Shown here piece by piece: positions 1 through 10,826 of a DNA stretch of 64,000 bases (positions are counted from its first letter, which is position 1; each line of letters begins with the position of its first letter). Source of the DNA: Thiobacillaceae bacterium (GTDB lineage: Bacteria; Pseudomonadota; Gammaproteobacteria; Burkholderiales; Thiobacillaceae); contig JANLZE010000116.1 of assembly GCA_031366105.1 (NCBI GenBank), forward strand, positions 43,928 to 107,927, in the 5' to 3' direction. The notes under the pieces are model-generated. The model was not told the origin of the DNA and searched no databases. It saw nothing but the letters and a program-made list of their open reading frames with translations. The translations under genes were made by a program, and so were the position numbers.

Positions 1-2454
1 GTGATGCTGGACAGTTTGCGCGCGCAAGGCGGATGGACGAAACGCGCGCAAAACGTGGTGTTCACGTTAAACCAGATGGAGTTTGCGAACGCTGATGCGG
101 CAGGTTCGGCGCAAGGCAGTTACGAAACAGTCAAAAACCATGCGGGCCGAATCAATTTAACCGGACGTTTGAGCCGAGGTAAAGGCACAGCGGTTTATCG
201 TTATCTGCCGCTGATAGTGCATGACGATACAGTGAATTGGGTGAAGCACGCGGTGGTGGCGGGCAGTACCAATGACACCCGCCTGACTCTCGCTGGCGAT
301 CTTGAACGTTTTCCGTTCCACAATGATCAAGGCGGTGTTTTCAAAGTGGTGGTGGGGCTTAAAGGCGCAATACTCGACTATGCAGAAGGATGGCCACGTA
401 TCGAGGGTGCTAACGGACAACTAATTTTTCAAGGTAACCGGATGGAAGTGCACGCGGATCATGCGCACATTTTTAATGCACAGTTGGGACCGGTCAATGC
501 GGTGATACCGGATTTACACATTCACGAAAAAGTCCTCGAAATCAGCGGCCAAGCGGTCGGCGAGGCACCGAGTTTTATTCGTTATGCTAACTCGAGTCCG
601 GTTGGCAAACGGCTGAAGGGGTTGACCGAAAATGTGAACGGTAGCGGTGGGATGGCACTGGCGCTTAATCTTAAAATTCCGCTCCATCATTCTCGCGACA
701 CCACGCTGGGGGGGCGTCTGAGCTTTCGCGGCAATACTCTATTAGCGCCCGCCTTGCCGCGTCTCGATCAAGTCAAGGGCGATATTGTGTTCACGCAGGA
801 TGGGCTGACTTCGCAAAGCTTGAGTGCGCAATTTTTGGGTGGCCCAGTCAGCATTATTGCCTCGACGCGTGAGGGCAACGCGCTAGTCCAGGCGCAAGGG
901 CGCGTCACCGTCGCGGGCCTTACCCCTTGGCTGGGCAAGACCTGGAGCAGCCGACTGACGGGAGAAACGCGCTGGCGTGGTCAGATAGTGCTGGACCCGG
1001 AAAACCCTCAATTGCGGATCGAATCCGATTTGGTTGGACTGGAGTCACGTTTACCCGCGCCGTTAAATAAGGCTGCAGCGCAGCCTTTACCGCTGGTCGT
1101 CACACGCGTGCCGCAGCCCGGCAAAACCCAGCTGGTCGAAATTCAACTGGAGCATACCCTTGGCGCGATATGGCAAACTACTGCGGATAATCGCATCAGT
1201 CGGGGCGAGATTCGATTTGGCGGTGCGGCCAAACTCCCGCGCGAGGCGGGTTTGCGTTTGGCCGGCAGTGGCCGCGGGCTGGCGTTGTCAGAGTGGATAC
1301 GCTTGATGCCGGACAATAATGGCGCAGCTGAGCTGCCGATTTCGTTTATCGATTTGAGTTTTGGCACGCTCGATTTGATGGGGCGGCGCTTCCCCGATGT
1401 GCGCGTTCAAGGGCGAACACGCGGCAATGTGTTGCATTTGGCAGTGACGGGGCGCGACATGAGTGGCACGCTGTCGTATCGGCCTGCGGACCGTTTGGCA
1501 GCCGCCAGTTCGGCACGGGTGAATGCGCAATTCAAGCAGTTGACCATCCCTGCAGCCGAACCTGTAAAAGCCGTAATAGCAGGCATCAATCCCGAAACCA
1601 GCACGAATACGAAAGCCAGTGATATCCCCATGCTGGATTTAACGGTCGATGATTTCCGCTTGGAAGGCCGCGCACTAGGCCGACTTGAAGCGCAAGCGCA
1701 TGGCTCGCCGCAAGGCTTGGTGATCGAAAACCTGCAACTTTCGCATCCTGACAGTTTGGTCCATATGAGTGGGTTATGGACCGATACCGGCAACGGCGAA
1801 ACGCGCGCCAACTTACAGGTAAATGTAGTGGATGCAGGCAAAATGCTAACTCGCTTTGGCTTTAAGGATGCGGTCAAACGCGGTAATGTCAACATCAACG
1901 GTGACGTGAATTGGGAGGGCACGCCGGTCGATTTTGATTTTAAAACCTTGAGTGGCACGCTCAATTTCAAAGCAAAAAGTGGCCAGTTCCTTAAAGTCGA
2001 TCCGGGTGCTGCGAAATTGCTCGGCGTGCTGAGTTTGCAATCGTTGCCGCGTCGGTTGTCATTTGATTTTCGCGATATTTTCAATGACGGATTCGCCTTC
2101 GATGAGATTTCCGCTACGATGCGTATCGCACGCGGCGTGGTCTATAGCGACGATTTACACATGAAAGGTCCGGCGGCAAAAGTGACCATGTCCGGCCTTG
2201 CCAAGCTGGCCGACGAAACGGTACAAATGCGTGTCAGGGTCACACCCAAACTGTCGGAAAGCGTGGCAGTGGCGAGCGCTTTAATCGGTGGCCCGATTGC
2301 GGGACTCGGGGTGCTGGCGGCACAAAAATTGTTCCGCGACCCTTTTGAAGAAGCGACCAGTAAGGAATATATGGTGACGGGGCCCTGGCGCGAGCCGCAA
2401 GTGAATAAACTAACCAAAACCAAAAAACAAGACGCCAAGGATAGCGACGGATGA
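1..2454 (+). CDS. yhdP: YhdP/AsmA2-family phospholipid-bridge protein (5'-truncated by window edge)
   Basis: Long beta-rich ORF with C-terminal 'LLGVLSLQSLPRRLSFDFRDIF..GF.FD' and 'Y.VTGPW.EP' motifs. Conserved yhdP-nitrilase-tldD order. Confidence 0.88.
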   Translation: MMLDSLRAQGGWTKRAQNVVFTLNQMEFANADAAGSAQGSYETVKNHAGRINLTGRLSRGKGTAVYRYLPLIVHDDTVNWVKHAVVAGSTNDTRLTLAGDLERFPFHNDQGGVFKVVVGLKGAILDYAEGWPRIEGANGQLIFQGNRMEVHADHAHIFNAQLGPVNAVIPDLHIHEKVLEISGQAVGEAPSFIRYANSSPVGKRLKGLTENVNGSGGMALALNLKIPLHHSRDTTLGGRLSFRGNTLLAPALPRLDQVKGDIVFTQDGLTSQSLSAQFLGGPVSIIASTREGNALVQAQGRVTVAGLTPWLGKTWSSRLTGETRWRGQIVLDPENPQLRIESDLVGLESRLPAPLNKAAAQPLPLVVTRVPQPGKTQLVEIQLEHTLGAIWQTTADNRISRGEIRFGGAAKLPREAGLRLAGSGRGLALSEWIRLMPDNNGAAELPISFIDLSFGTLDLMGRRFPDVRVQGRTRGNVLHLAVTGRDMSGTLSYRPADRLAAASSARVNAQFKQLTIPAAEPVKAVIAGINPETSTNTKASDIPMLDLTVDDFRLEGRALGRLEAQAHGSPQGLVIENLQLSHPDSLVHMSGLWTDTGNGETRANLQVNVVDAGKMLTRFGFKDAVKRGNVNINGDVNWEGTPVDFDFKTLSGTLNFKAKSGQFLKVDPGAAKLLGVLSLQSLPRRLSFDFRDIFNDGFAFDEISATMRIARGVVYSDDLHMKGPAAKVTMSGLAKLADETVQMRVRVTPKLSESVAVASALIGGPIAGLGVLAAQKLFRDPFEEATSKEYMVTGPWREPQVNKLTKTKKQDAKDSDG

Positions 2455-3392
2455 CAGTAACGACGACCAAGAAAACCAGCAAAACCAGCGTGGCCCGGTC
2501 CAAGGGCGCACAGGTTAAAAAATCGGCAGTTCAGGTAGGGGCGGTGCGAGTGGCTGCCATTCAAATGGCCTCCGGCTCAAACGTGGCGGCCAATCTTGCC
2601 GAGGCGCAACAACTCATTGAATTGGCGGTGGGTGCAGGCGCAAAGCTCATTGCATTGCCGGAGTTTTTTCCGATCATGAGCAAAAAAGACGGCGACGTTT
2701 TTGCAGCGCGCGAGCAGGAAGGCAGCGGACCGATTCAGCGGTTTTTATCGCGCATGGCCAAAAAACATCAGATATGGTTGATCGGTGGCTCGATTCCGCT
2801 CGAAGCCCATTCCTCCACTAAGGTTCGCAGTGCGTGCTTGGTATTCGACGAGCGTGGTAAACAAGTTGCCCGCTACGACAAGATCCATTTGTTTGGCATG
2901 GATCTCGGTAACGAGCATTATCAGGAATCCAAAACGATAGAGCCTGGCAATACCGTGGTCGTCGTCAACAGCCCTTTTGGCCGTATTGGCCTGTCAATCT
3001 GCTACGACTTGCGTTTTCCGGAGCTGTTTCGCGCGATGCCGGGGGTAGACATCATCGTCGTGCCGTCGGCGTTCACAGCGACCACCGGGCGCGCGCATTT
3101 CGAAACCTTGATTCGAGCGCGTGCCATCGAAAATCTTGCATATGTGATCGCGCCAGCGCAAGGCGGCTATCATCTATCGGGACGCGAAACGCACGGCGAC
3201 AGCATGATTGTCGATCCTTGGGGCGTGGTGCTGGATCGCTTGCCGCGTGGCTCGGGCGTGGTGATTGCAAATGTAAACACCGCCTATCAAAGTAGTTTGC
3301 GTAAAAGCCTGCCTGCGTTGAAACACCGTTTAACCGACTCCGGCAAAATTTCGGTCAAAGTGGTGGAACGTCGCGCAACTGAAAAGCGTTGA
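2451..3392 (+). CDS. Carbon-nitrogen hydrolase (Nit1/deaminated-glutathione-amidase-like)
   Basis: E-K-C triad motifs LPEF, YDKIHLF, ICYDLRFPE. ATGA overlap with yhdP. Confidence 0.9.
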   Translation: MTVTTTKKTSKTSVARSKGAQVKKSAVQVGAVRVAAIQMASGSNVAANLAEAQQLIELAVGAGAKLIALPEFFPIMSKKDGDVFAAREQEGSGPIQRFLSRMAKKHQIWLIGGSIPLEAHSSTKVRSACLVFDERGKQVARYDKIHLFGMDLGNEHYQESKTIEPGNTVVVVNSPFGRIGLSICYDLRFPELFRAMPGVDIIVVPSAFTATTGRAHFETLIRARAIENLAYVIAPAQGGYHLSGRETHGDSMIVDPWGVVLDRLPRGSGVVIANVNTAYQSSLRKSLPALKHRLTDSGKISVKVVERRATEKR

Positions 3393-3438
3393 GCCTGTCT
3401 CACCACATCGCCCTTCATTAATTTGAGACCCATGCGCC

Positions 3439-4911
3439 ATGAACCCTGTTGATTCTTTTGTTCCCATTCAATCCGCTGAGCAGCTTTTTAATTCGGCAGA
3501 GTCCACACTGTTACTGCCGAACGGGCTAGATGCCAGCCAGTTGCAGCCGGTGTTTAATCGTCTACTGGCGCATGATGTCGACTATGCCGATTTGTACTTT
3601 CAGTATTCGCGCTCCGAGGGCTGGAGTCTGGAAGAAGGCCAGGTCAAGTCGGGCAGTTTCAATATCGATCAGGGCGTGGGCGTCCGCGCAATCTCGGGCG
3701 AGAAAACCGCGTTTGCCTATTCCGATGATATTAGCTTGAGTGCACTTGACGCCGCGGCAGACGCCACGCGCGCCATCGCCCGCGCCGGCCAGTCACGCAC
3801 CGCTGCGCTGCTCGCGCGTGGGCAAAGTCGCCAGCTGTATCAAGCCGTCGATCCGCTAGCGAGTCTGCAGGACGCCGACAAGGTCGCGTTGCTGGAGCGC
3901 CTGGAGCGCCGTGCGCGGGCGTTAGATACACGCGTCATCCAGGTGATGGCAAGCCTCGCCTCGGAATACCAGGTGATTTACATCGCGCGTTCTGATGGCC
4001 ATTTGGCGGCTGACGTGCGCCCCTTGGTGCGCTTGTCGCTGCAAGTGATTGTCGAGCAGGATGGTCGCCGTGAGCAGGGCGCGGGCGGTGGCGGCGGACG
4101 TTTCGATTACAGCTATTTCACCGACGATATTCTCGACCTCTACGCGCATCAGGCGGTGCATCAAGCCACCGTCAACCTCGACGCTCGCCCGGCGCCGGCC
4201 GGCAGCATGACAGTGGTGCTCGGCTCCGGTTGGCCCGGTATTTTGCTGCACGAAGCGATCGGGCACGGTCTGGAAGGTGACTTCAATCGCAAAGGCAGCT
4301 CGGCATTTGCTGGGCGTATCGGCGAGCGCGTAGCCGCCCCGGGCGTTACGGTGATTGACGACGGCACGATTCCGCTACGTCGCGGCTCGCTGAATGTTGA
4401 CGACGAAGGCAATCCCACCCAGCGCACCGTGCTGATCGAAGATGGCATTCTCACCGGCTATATGCAGGACATGATGAACGCACGACTGATGGGTGTGCCG
4501 ATTACCGGAAACGCGCGACGCGAATCGTATGCGCATTTGACGATGCCCCGCATGACCAACACGCTGATGCTAAACGGCGATAAAGATCCGGAAGAAATTA
4601 TCGCTTCGGTCAAAAATGGTATTTACGCAGTCAACTTCGGCGGGGGACAAGTGGACATTACTAGCGGCAAATTTGTGTTCTCAGCCGCTGAAGCCTACAT
4701 GATCGAAAATGGCAAAGTCACCTACCCGGTTAAGGGCGCGACATTAATCGGCAATGGCCCCGACGCCTTGACCCGCGTGGCGATGATCGGCAACGACATG
4801 GCGATGGATTCGGGGGTGGGTACTTGCGGCAAAGAAGGCCAAAGCGTGCCCGTGGGTGTTGGTCAGCCGACCTTACGCATCGATGGTTTGACGGTGGGCG
4901 GCACCGCCTGA
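3439..4911 (+). CDS. tldD: Metalloprotease TldD
   Basis: [22 protein letters not shown] and C-terminal [16 protein letters not shown] motifs. Confidence 0.96.
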   Translation: MNPVDSFVPIQSAEQLFNSAESTLLLPNGLDASQLQPVFNRLLAHDVDYADLYFQYSRSEGWSLEEGQVKSGSFNIDQGVGVRAISGEKTAFAYSDDISLSALDAAADATRAIARAGQSRTAALLARGQSRQLYQAVDPLASLQDADKVALLERLERRARALDTRVIQVMASLASEYQVIYIARSDGHLAADVRPLVRLSLQVIVEQDGRREQGAGGGGGRFDYSYFTDDILDLYAHQAVHQATVNLDARPAPAGSMTVVLGSGWPGILLHEAIGHGLEGDFNRKGSSAFAGRIGERVAAPGVTVIDDGTIPLRRGSLNVDDEGNPTQRTVLIEDGILTGYMQDMMNARLMGVPITGNARRESYAHLTMPRMTNTLMLNGDKDPEEIIASVKNGIYAVNFGGGQVDITSGKFVFSAAEAYMIENGKVTYPVKGATLIGNGPDALTRVAMIGNDMAMDSGVGTCGKEGQSVPVGVGQPTLRIDGLTVGGTA

Positions 4912-4954
4912 GGCATCACTGAGTGTTAGCGGCGCCTGTCTCCTTCAGGCTCCC

Positions 4955-5251
4955 TCAGGTATTTTTGCGTTCCTGCTTTTTCAGAAAAAGGATGATGGCC
5001 GCAGGAACATGCACCAGCCCCCATGCCGCGAGAAAAATGAATAACTGCATTAAGTGGCTTTCGGTGCTTCCGATTTGTCTCACCGCTACTAATCCGAACG
5101 AAATGCCTGTCATCATCAGGACTCCGCGCGCCCACCACGCCTGATTACGGTTGACCGTCAAGAACGGCAGCCGATACTGCGTATAAGCCGCGGCAGCTAC
5201 GGTGAAAACCGTTAAGAAAAATACTGAAGGCCATTCCATTTTTCTCTCCAC
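4955..5251 (-). CDS. Hypothetical small membrane protein (about 3 TM)
   Basis: 98-aa ORF with three hydrophobic segments and a basic C-tail, filling the intergenic space. Confidence 0.65.
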   Translation of the reverse strand: MERKMEWPSVFFLTVFTVAAAAYTQYRLPFLTVNRNQAWWARGVLMMTGISFGLVAVRQIGSTESHLMQLFIFLAAWGLVHVPAAIILFLKKQERKNT

Positions 5252-5295
5252 AGAATAAACGAAGTACTCTCAGCATAATTCACCTCAAACGGAGT

Positions 5296-5601
5296 TCAAT
5301 CCCACATCACATTTTCGTTGTCGGCGTGAGCGGCCTCCAATAGTTGTATCAGCGGCAAAGCCCGTTGCGCCAGGCCTATAGAACGTTCTGCATCGTCGTT
5401 TCGTGCATTCTCCTTAGGCTGAATGTCTGCAGAGGTATCGCCCAAGCCTGCACGCAAGCGTGCCAGTGCATTTGCGAGATCGTCGGCCACAATAGCGCCG
5501 GGTACGTTGGGGGTATGGCCCATCAATGTAATGAGCTCCTTACCGACGTCACTCAAAAAAGTAAGGTCGGCATAAGATTTGGTGTGAAAGGTAATCGGCA
5601 T
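5296..5601 (-). CDS. DUF1840-family protein
   Basis: N-terminus MPITFHTKSYADLTFL..VG..LI.LMGH...VPGAI. AAGGA RBS before the ATG at 5601. Confidence 0.8.
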   Translation of the reverse strand: MPITFHTKSYADLTFLSDVGKELITLMGHTPNVPGAIVADDLANALARLRAGLGDTSADIQPKENARNDDAERSIGLAQRALPLIQLLEAAHADNENVMWD

Positions 5602-5630
5602 TGCTGTCCTTTGTAAGTTTAGTTCAGTGA

Positions 5631-6068
5631 TTATTGACCACGCCCCAGCTTGGCATCCAAACATTGTAAATACGCCAGCGGATCATAGCCGGCACCGCTT
5701 CGTTGCGACTGCCAGATCATTTCCGCTAGGCAGTCCATCACCTCGTGTTGCGCTTGCATTACCTCCCCAGTTTGCGCCAGCAGTTGTTGATAGCGTGCGC
5801 GCATACCTGCGGGTTGATCAATCGAAACTTGTTCGACAATCGATAGATGCATCGACAAATGCAAAAACGGATTTGTTTCACCCTGCGCCGGCGGATAGTC
5901 GCGTTCGAGATAGCGGTCTGGATCGTCGAGCATGGCGTGATATTCCGGATGCGCCAGAATTGCTTCAAGCGCGATCTGCTCGGCCCCCGCCAATGCCTGA
6001 CCCGCGCGGTATTTGCCCCACACGTCGAAGAAAAACTGGCGAACCTGCTCGCGACTAGGATTAAACAC
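5631..6068 (-). CDS. DUF1841-family protein
   Basis: GTG start MFNPSREQVRQFF, plus HPEYH and NPFLHLSMHLSI.EQ.SIDQP.G motifs. Confidence 0.85.
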   Translation of the reverse strand: MFNPSREQVRQFFFDVWGKYRAGQALAGAEQIALEAILAHPEYHAMLDDPDRYLERDYPPAQGETNPFLHLSMHLSIVEQVSIDQPAGMRARYQQLLAQTGEVMQAQHEVMDCLAEMIWQSQRSGAGYDPLAYLQCLDAKLGRGQ

Positions 6069-6087
6069 AGCAGGTCTGGGCTTGCGT

Positions 6088-6780
6088 TTACGCCCTCTCC
6101 GGCAAGCGGGGGAGGGCCGGGGAGGCGGTGTTGTCCGCATTACTGACAGTAGCAGTTTTAAACTTGTACTCACACAAATCCACAAGCAAGCACGCTGCGC
6201 ATTTCGGCGTGCGCGCCTGGCACACATAGCGCCCATGCAAAATCAGCCAGTGGTGTGCATCCAGCAAAAATTCTTTGGGCACGTGCTTCATTAACTTGCG
6301 CTCGACTTCGAGCACGGTTTTACCTGGCGCCAGGCCGGTGCGGTTGGATACGCGAAAAATATGCGTGTCGACCGCCATTTCGACATGCCCGAACGCCGTG
6401 TTCAGCACCACACTCGCCGTCTTGCGGCCGACGCCAGGCAAGGCCTCAAGCGAAGCGCGATCCTCTGGAACCTGGCTGCTATGAACGTCGATCAACATCC
6501 GACAGGTCGCGATCAGGTGGCGCACTTTGCTCTTGTACAAACCAATGGTCTTAACGTATTCGGTTAAGCCCGCTTCCCCCAGCGCGTAAATCGCTTCCGG
6601 CGTGTTGGCCACCGGAAAGAGTTTCCGCGTCGCGAGATTCACCCCCTTATCGGTAGCCTGTGCGGACAGGATTACCGCAACCAGTAGTTCGAAGGGACTG
6701 TGGTACTCAAGCTCAGTCTTGGGGTGTGGGTTAGCTGCGCGAAAGCGGCGGAAGATTTCGTGGCGACGTTGAGAATTCAT
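6088..6780 (-). CDS. nth: Endonuclease III
   Basis: HhH motif LPGVGRKTA, VDTH, and 4Fe-4S motif C-x6-C-x2-C-x5-C. AGGTG RBS. Confidence 0.97.
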   Translation of the reverse strand: MNSQRRHEIFRRFRAANPHPKTELEYHSPFELLVAVILSAQATDKGVNLATRKLFPVANTPEAIYALGEAGLTEYVKTIGLYKSKVRHLIATCRMLIDVHSSQVPEDRASLEALPGVGRKTASVVLNTAFGHVEMAVDTHIFRVSNRTGLAPGKTVLEVERKLMKHVPKEFLLDAHHWLILHGRYVCQARTPKCAACLLVDLCEYKFKTATVSNADNTASPALPRLPERA

Positions 6781-6808
6781 TATCAATCACCTTCGCTACC
6801 AGCGTAGC

Positions 6809-6961
6809 TCATGCCGTCCCGAGCGCTTTTTTCAATGCGATTTTTTCGGCCCGGCGCAGCGCACGTGCAGACTTTTGATGCGGGCCCGCAACCCGTGCCC
6901 GCGCCAATGCAACGAAAGGATTCCGCGGCTTGGGCACGCGTTTTTGGAGCGGCGGTTTCAT
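6809..6961 (-). CDS. Uncalled 50-aa highly basic small protein
   Basis: Hand translation: [50 protein letters not shown]. Its ATG overlaps the rsxE stop (ATGA) and it ends just before the nth RBS. Confidence 0.65.
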   Translation of the reverse strand: MKPPLQKRVPKPRNPFVALARARVAGPHQKSARALRRAEKIALKKALGTA

Positions 6962-7671
6962 GGCGAGAACCTGCTATCGCCTGATCGGCTCAGCCGCTGC
7001 TCGGCGCGAGCCTTCATCCAATTGCGCGCGGCGATTAACAAACCGAATGTAATAAATGCACCCGGCGGAAAAATCGCCAGTAAAAATCCCTGATCGTGGG
7101 GCAGCACATGTAGCACCCCAGGCTTGGCGCTTTCGCCAAACACTAGCTCGATTCCAGCGAATAGCGTGCCTTCGCCAGCGAGTTCGCGGACCCCGCCCAA
7201 AATCAGCAATACGCCTGTCATCCTCAAGCCCATAACGAATGCATCAAGCATGGAATACCACGGATTTTTTGACACAAACGCCTCCGCACGCGCGAGCACG
7301 ATGCAATTGGTGGTGATGAGGGGAATAAAAATCCCGAGCGCGAGATAGAGCGGATGCACAAAAGCGTTCATCACCAGGTCAATCGCGGTAACCCATCCAG
7401 CAACGATCAGTACAAACACCGGAATGCGGATTTCAGTCGGCACGAAATTACGCACAGTCGAGACCGCAGCGCTTGAGGCCACCATCACGAACGTGGTCGC
7501 CAGCCCCAGCGAGAGGGCGTTCATTACGCTATTGCTGATGGCCAGCAAGGGGCACAAGCCGAGCCATTGCACCAGCCCGGCATTTTGTTTCCACCAGCTA
7601 TTGTTAAAAATTCTGTGTGACGATGTTGCGCTGATCATGCTGTCATCTTGATCATGCACCGACTCCATCAT
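6958..7671 (-). CDS. rsxE: Rnf/Rsx electron-transport complex subunit E (start 7671 or 7638)
   Basis: [22 protein letters not shown] and [15 protein letters not shown] motifs. Multi-TM. Upstream of nth as in rsx operons. Confidence 0.88.
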   Translation of the reverse strand: MMESVHDQDDSMISATSSHRIFNNSWWKQNAGLVQWLGLCPLLAISNSVMNALSLGLATTFVMVASSAAVSTVRNFVPTEIRIPVFVLIVAGWVTAIDLVMNAFVHPLYLALGIFIPLITTNCIVLARAEAFVSKNPWYSMLDAFVMGLRMTGVLLILGGVRELAGEGTLFAGIELVFGESAKPGVLHVLPHDQGFLLAIFPPGAFITFGLLIAARNWMKARAEQRLSRSGDSRFSP

Positions 7672-10298
7672 GCTGCGGCGCTCTCCAGTTTGGCTGACAC
7701 CCATGCTGCCACGGAGGCGAGCGCACTTGCGAGCTTCGCGGGTTCTGTGCCGCCTGCCATCGCGAGGTCCGCCTTGCCGCCGCCTTTGCCGCCGACTTGC
7801 AGCGCCACAAAATTTACGAGCTCACCGGCTTTGATGCGGCCAACCAAATCCGGTGTAACAGCGGCGATCAAACTAACTTTGCCGTTTATCGCAGTGCCCA
7901 GCACCAGCACGCAGGATTGGAGTTTGTCGCGCAACTTGTCGGCGGTCTCGCGCAGCGTTTTGGCATCGGCGCCTTCAAGCTGCGCCGCTAGCACCCGCGT
8001 ACCGGCGATTTCTATCGCTTGCTGCATTAACTCGCCCCCGCGACTTGATGCCAATTTGGCTTTTAGTTGGTTGAGCTCTTTTTCCAGGCTGCGGTTGGTT
8101 TCGGTTAACTGCGCCACGCGTGCTGCGGCATCGGCGGGCGCTGCGCGCACGAGTCCCGCGATGCTGGCGAGATTTTTTTCGGTCTCGCCCAGGTAGTCCA
8201 GCACGCCGGTGCCGGTGGTGGCCTCGATCCGCCGGATGCCCGCCGCCACGCCGGTTTCCAGCAGGATTTTGAACGCACCGATGTCGCCCGTGCGCGTCAC
8301 GTGGGTGCCGCCGCAAAGTTCGCGCGAATTACCGATATCCAGCACCCGCACTTCGTCGCCATACTTCTCGCCGAACAGCATCATCGCGCCGGTTTTTTGC
8401 GCGTCTTCGATGCCCATTACGCGCGCCTGCGTCGGGGTGTTGGCGAGGATTTCTGCGTTGACGCGCGCCTCGACCTCACGAAGCTGCGCGGCAGTCATCG
8501 GCACGGGCTGGACGAAATCAAAGCGCGTTTTCTCGGCATCCACCAGCGAGCCTTTTTGCTGCACGTGGCCCCCGAGTACGTCACGCAGCGCTTTGTGCAT
8601 CAGGTGGGTCACCGAGTGGTTGCGCATGGTGCGTGCGTGCGCGGCTTCGTCGACCTTGGCGGCGATCGCGTCACCTATCTGGATGACACCGGTTTTGACT
8701 ACGCCGTGATGACCAAACACCTGCGCCTGAAGTTTGAGCGTGTCTTCCACCGCAAACAGCCCGCCCGCCGCGTGCAATACGCCGCGATCACCGACCTGGC
8801 CGCCCGACTCGGCATAAAAAGGCGTGTGATCCAGCACCACCACGCCTAGCTCGCCCTCACTCAGCGCCTTGACACTCGCGCCGTCGCGGTAAAGCGCGAG
8901 CACGATGCCATCATGCGCCAGCGTGTCGTAGCCGTGAAAAGTCGTTGCCGCGCCGGTATATTCGAGCCCCGCGCCGAGCTTGAATTTGCCCCCCGCGCGC
9001 GCTTGATCCTTCTGCCTTTTCATCGCGGCGTCGAATGCGTCGGTATCGACTGCCACGTTCGCCTCACGGCAAATGTCGGCAGTCAGATCGAGCGGAAAGC
9101 CGTAGGTGTCGTGCAGCTTGAACGCCAGCTCACCGTCAAACACGCCATTCGTCGGTAGGGTTTTCAATGCGGCGTCCAGAATGCTCATGCCGTTTTCGAT
9201 GGTCTCGAAAAAGCGTTCTTCTTCCTGTTTTAGTGTGTCCATCACACGCGTTTGCGCCGCGACAAGTTCGGGATACGCGTCGCCCATCACCGCGACCAGA
9301 TCGGGCACCAGGCGATGAAAGAAAGCCACGCGAACATTGAGTTTGTAGCCATGCCGAATCGCCCGCCGAATGATGCGGCGCAGCACATAACCCCGCCCTT
9401 CGTTGCCGGGGATCACGCCGTCGACGATCAAAAAAGCGCACGCGCGGATGTGATCGGCGATGACTTTAAGCGAGTTGTTTTGTGTGTCGGAGGTTTTGGT
9501 TTCGCGCGCCGCAGCCAGAATCAACGCCTGAAATAAATCGATGTCGTAGTTGGATGACACGTGCTGCATCACCGCCGAAATCCGCTCCAGTCCCATGCCG
9601 GTGTCCACGCTTGGTTTGGGCAGAGGGTGCATCACCCCCGCAGCGTCACGATTAAACTGCATGAACACGTTATTCCAGATTTCGATATAGCGGTCGCCGT
9701 CCTCATCGGGCGAGCCGGGCGGACCGCCCGCAATCTCGGGGCCGTGATCGTAGAAAATTTCCGAACACGGCCCGCAGGGTCCGGTGTCGCCCATCGCCCA
9801 GAAATTATCGGAAGCGTACTTCGCGCCCTTGTTGTCACCGATGCGGACGATGCGTTCTTTCGGCACGCCGATGTCGCGGTTCCAGATGTCAAACGCCTCG
9901 TCATCCTCGGCGTATACCGTGACCCACAACTTATCCGCAGGCAATTGCAAGGTCTGAGTCAGAAATTCCCACGCGTACGCAATCGCTTCATGCTTGAAAT
10001 AATCGCCGAAACTAAAATTACCCAACATCTCGAAAAACGTGTGGTGGCGGGCGGTATAGCCGACATTTTCCAGGTCGTTGTGCTTGCCCCCCGCGCGCAC
10101 GCAGCGCTGCGACGACACCGCGCGGGTATAGGCGCGCTTATCCTGTCCGGTAAAAACGTCCTTGAACTGCACCATGCCCGCGTTGGTGAACAGCAGCGTC
10201 GGGTCGTTGCCGGGCACGAGCGGGCTCGATGGGACCACGGTATGCCCTTTGGAGGCGAAGAAATCGAGAAAACTCTGACGGATGGCGCTACTTTTCAT
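7668..10298 (-). CDS. alaS: Alanine--tRNA ligase
   Basis: [42 protein letters not shown], editing-domain ELCGGTHV and C-terminal GGKGGG. Confidence 0.98.
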   Translation of the reverse strand: MKSSAIRQSFLDFFASKGHTVVPSSPLVPGNDPTLLFTNAGMVQFKDVFTGQDKRAYTRAVSSQRCVRAGGKHNDLENVGYTARHHTFFEMLGNFSFGDYFKHEAIAYAWEFLTQTLQLPADKLWVTVYAEDDEAFDIWNRDIGVPKERIVRIGDNKGAKYASDNFWAMGDTGPCGPCSEIFYDHGPEIAGGPPGSPDEDGDRYIEIWNNVFMQFNRDAAGVMHPLPKPSVDTGMGLERISAVMQHVSSNYDIDLFQALILAAARETKTSDTQNNSLKVIADHIRACAFLIVDGVIPGNEGRGYVLRRIIRRAIRHGYKLNVRVAFFHRLVPDLVAVMGDAYPELVAAQTRVMDTLKQEEERFFETIENGMSILDAALKTLPTNGVFDGELAFKLHDTYGFPLDLTADICREANVAVDTDAFDAAMKRQKDQARAGGKFKLGAGLEYTGAATTFHGYDTLAHDGIVLALYRDGASVKALSEGELGVVVLDHTPFYAESGGQVGDRGVLHAAGGLFAVEDTLKLQAQVFGHHGVVKTGVIQIGDAIAAKVDEAAHARTMRNHSVTHLMHKALRDVLGGHVQQKGSLVDAEKTRFDFVQPVPMTAAQLREVEARVNAEILANTPTQARVMGIEDAQKTGAMMLFGEKYGDEVRVLDIGNSRELCGGTHVTRTGDIGAFKILLETGVAAGIRRIEATTGTGVLDYLGETEKNLASIAGLVRAAPADAAARVAQLTETNRSLEKELNQLKAKLASSRGGELMQQAIEIAGTRVLAAQLEGADAKTLRETADKLRDKLQSCVLVLGTAINGKVSLIAAVTPDLVGRIKAGELVNFVALQVGGKGGGKADLAMAGGTEPAKLASALASVAAWVSAKLESAAA

Positions 10299-10424
10299 GA
10301 TCGGGAAACACACTGAGAATCGCCGCATTTTAACCCGGATGGTGGTACTCATTGCTGGCCGGGGACGACTCTGAGGAAATCCCCTATCCGGCGTAATTTT
10401 GTTTGTCGCGCCCGACATCAACCA

Positions 10425-10611
10425 GCTGTGGAACTGTCCGGGGAAACGGGTCAAGTCCAGCTTCAACATGAGAGGCCGCGTGCAACACGGCCGGCGCGCT
10501 AGTGCACTATCGCGGGTGTCCCCACGCTCGGCAGTTACTCATACTAGGGATCCCAAAATTCCGCGACTTAAGGAGGGTGGATAGCGCGGCCAAATGGCCG
10601 CATTACTCATA
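10425..10611. other. Palindrome-rich non-coding segment upstream of alaS (possible IS-end remnant or structured RNA)
   Basis: Hairpins at 10474-10492 and 10586-10601, palindrome TAGTGCACTA at 10500-10509, and a strong SD AAGGAGG at 10570-10576 with no downstream gene. Confidence 0.35.
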
Positions 10612-10826
10612 GGGCCAAGAGTTTTTAGTATTTATGTATGATGTGCGAATAACTCGGGCACTCGCCGGAATTAGTGTTGATAACGCGGGTCTCCTATCTC
10701 GTAAGCGCGATGATTTCTGTTAGCACGTTAACTCGCCGCCATAATTGCTAACTAGCGCGTAAACTTCAGTGTTTTAAAACGCCACTGTTGATGGTCTCAG
10801 GCGGATATTGGAAAGCAAATAATGAT

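Noticed and set aside
3439-4911. tldD without tldE/pmbA, read as a microcin or RiPP locus
   Set aside because: yhdP-nitrilase-tldD is a standard chromosomal arrangement with pmbA elsewhere. No precursor peptide or YcaO gene is nearby.
10373-10383. GAGGAAATCCC resembling the RNase P RNA GAGGAAAGUCC signature
   Set aside because: Imperfect match, and no other rnpB conserved regions were found at a suitable distance.
10299-10469. 57-aa N-terminal extension of AlaS in the ORF track
   Set aside because: The conserved AlaS N-terminus starts at MKSSAIRQ (10298). The extension is an open frame through non-coding DNA.
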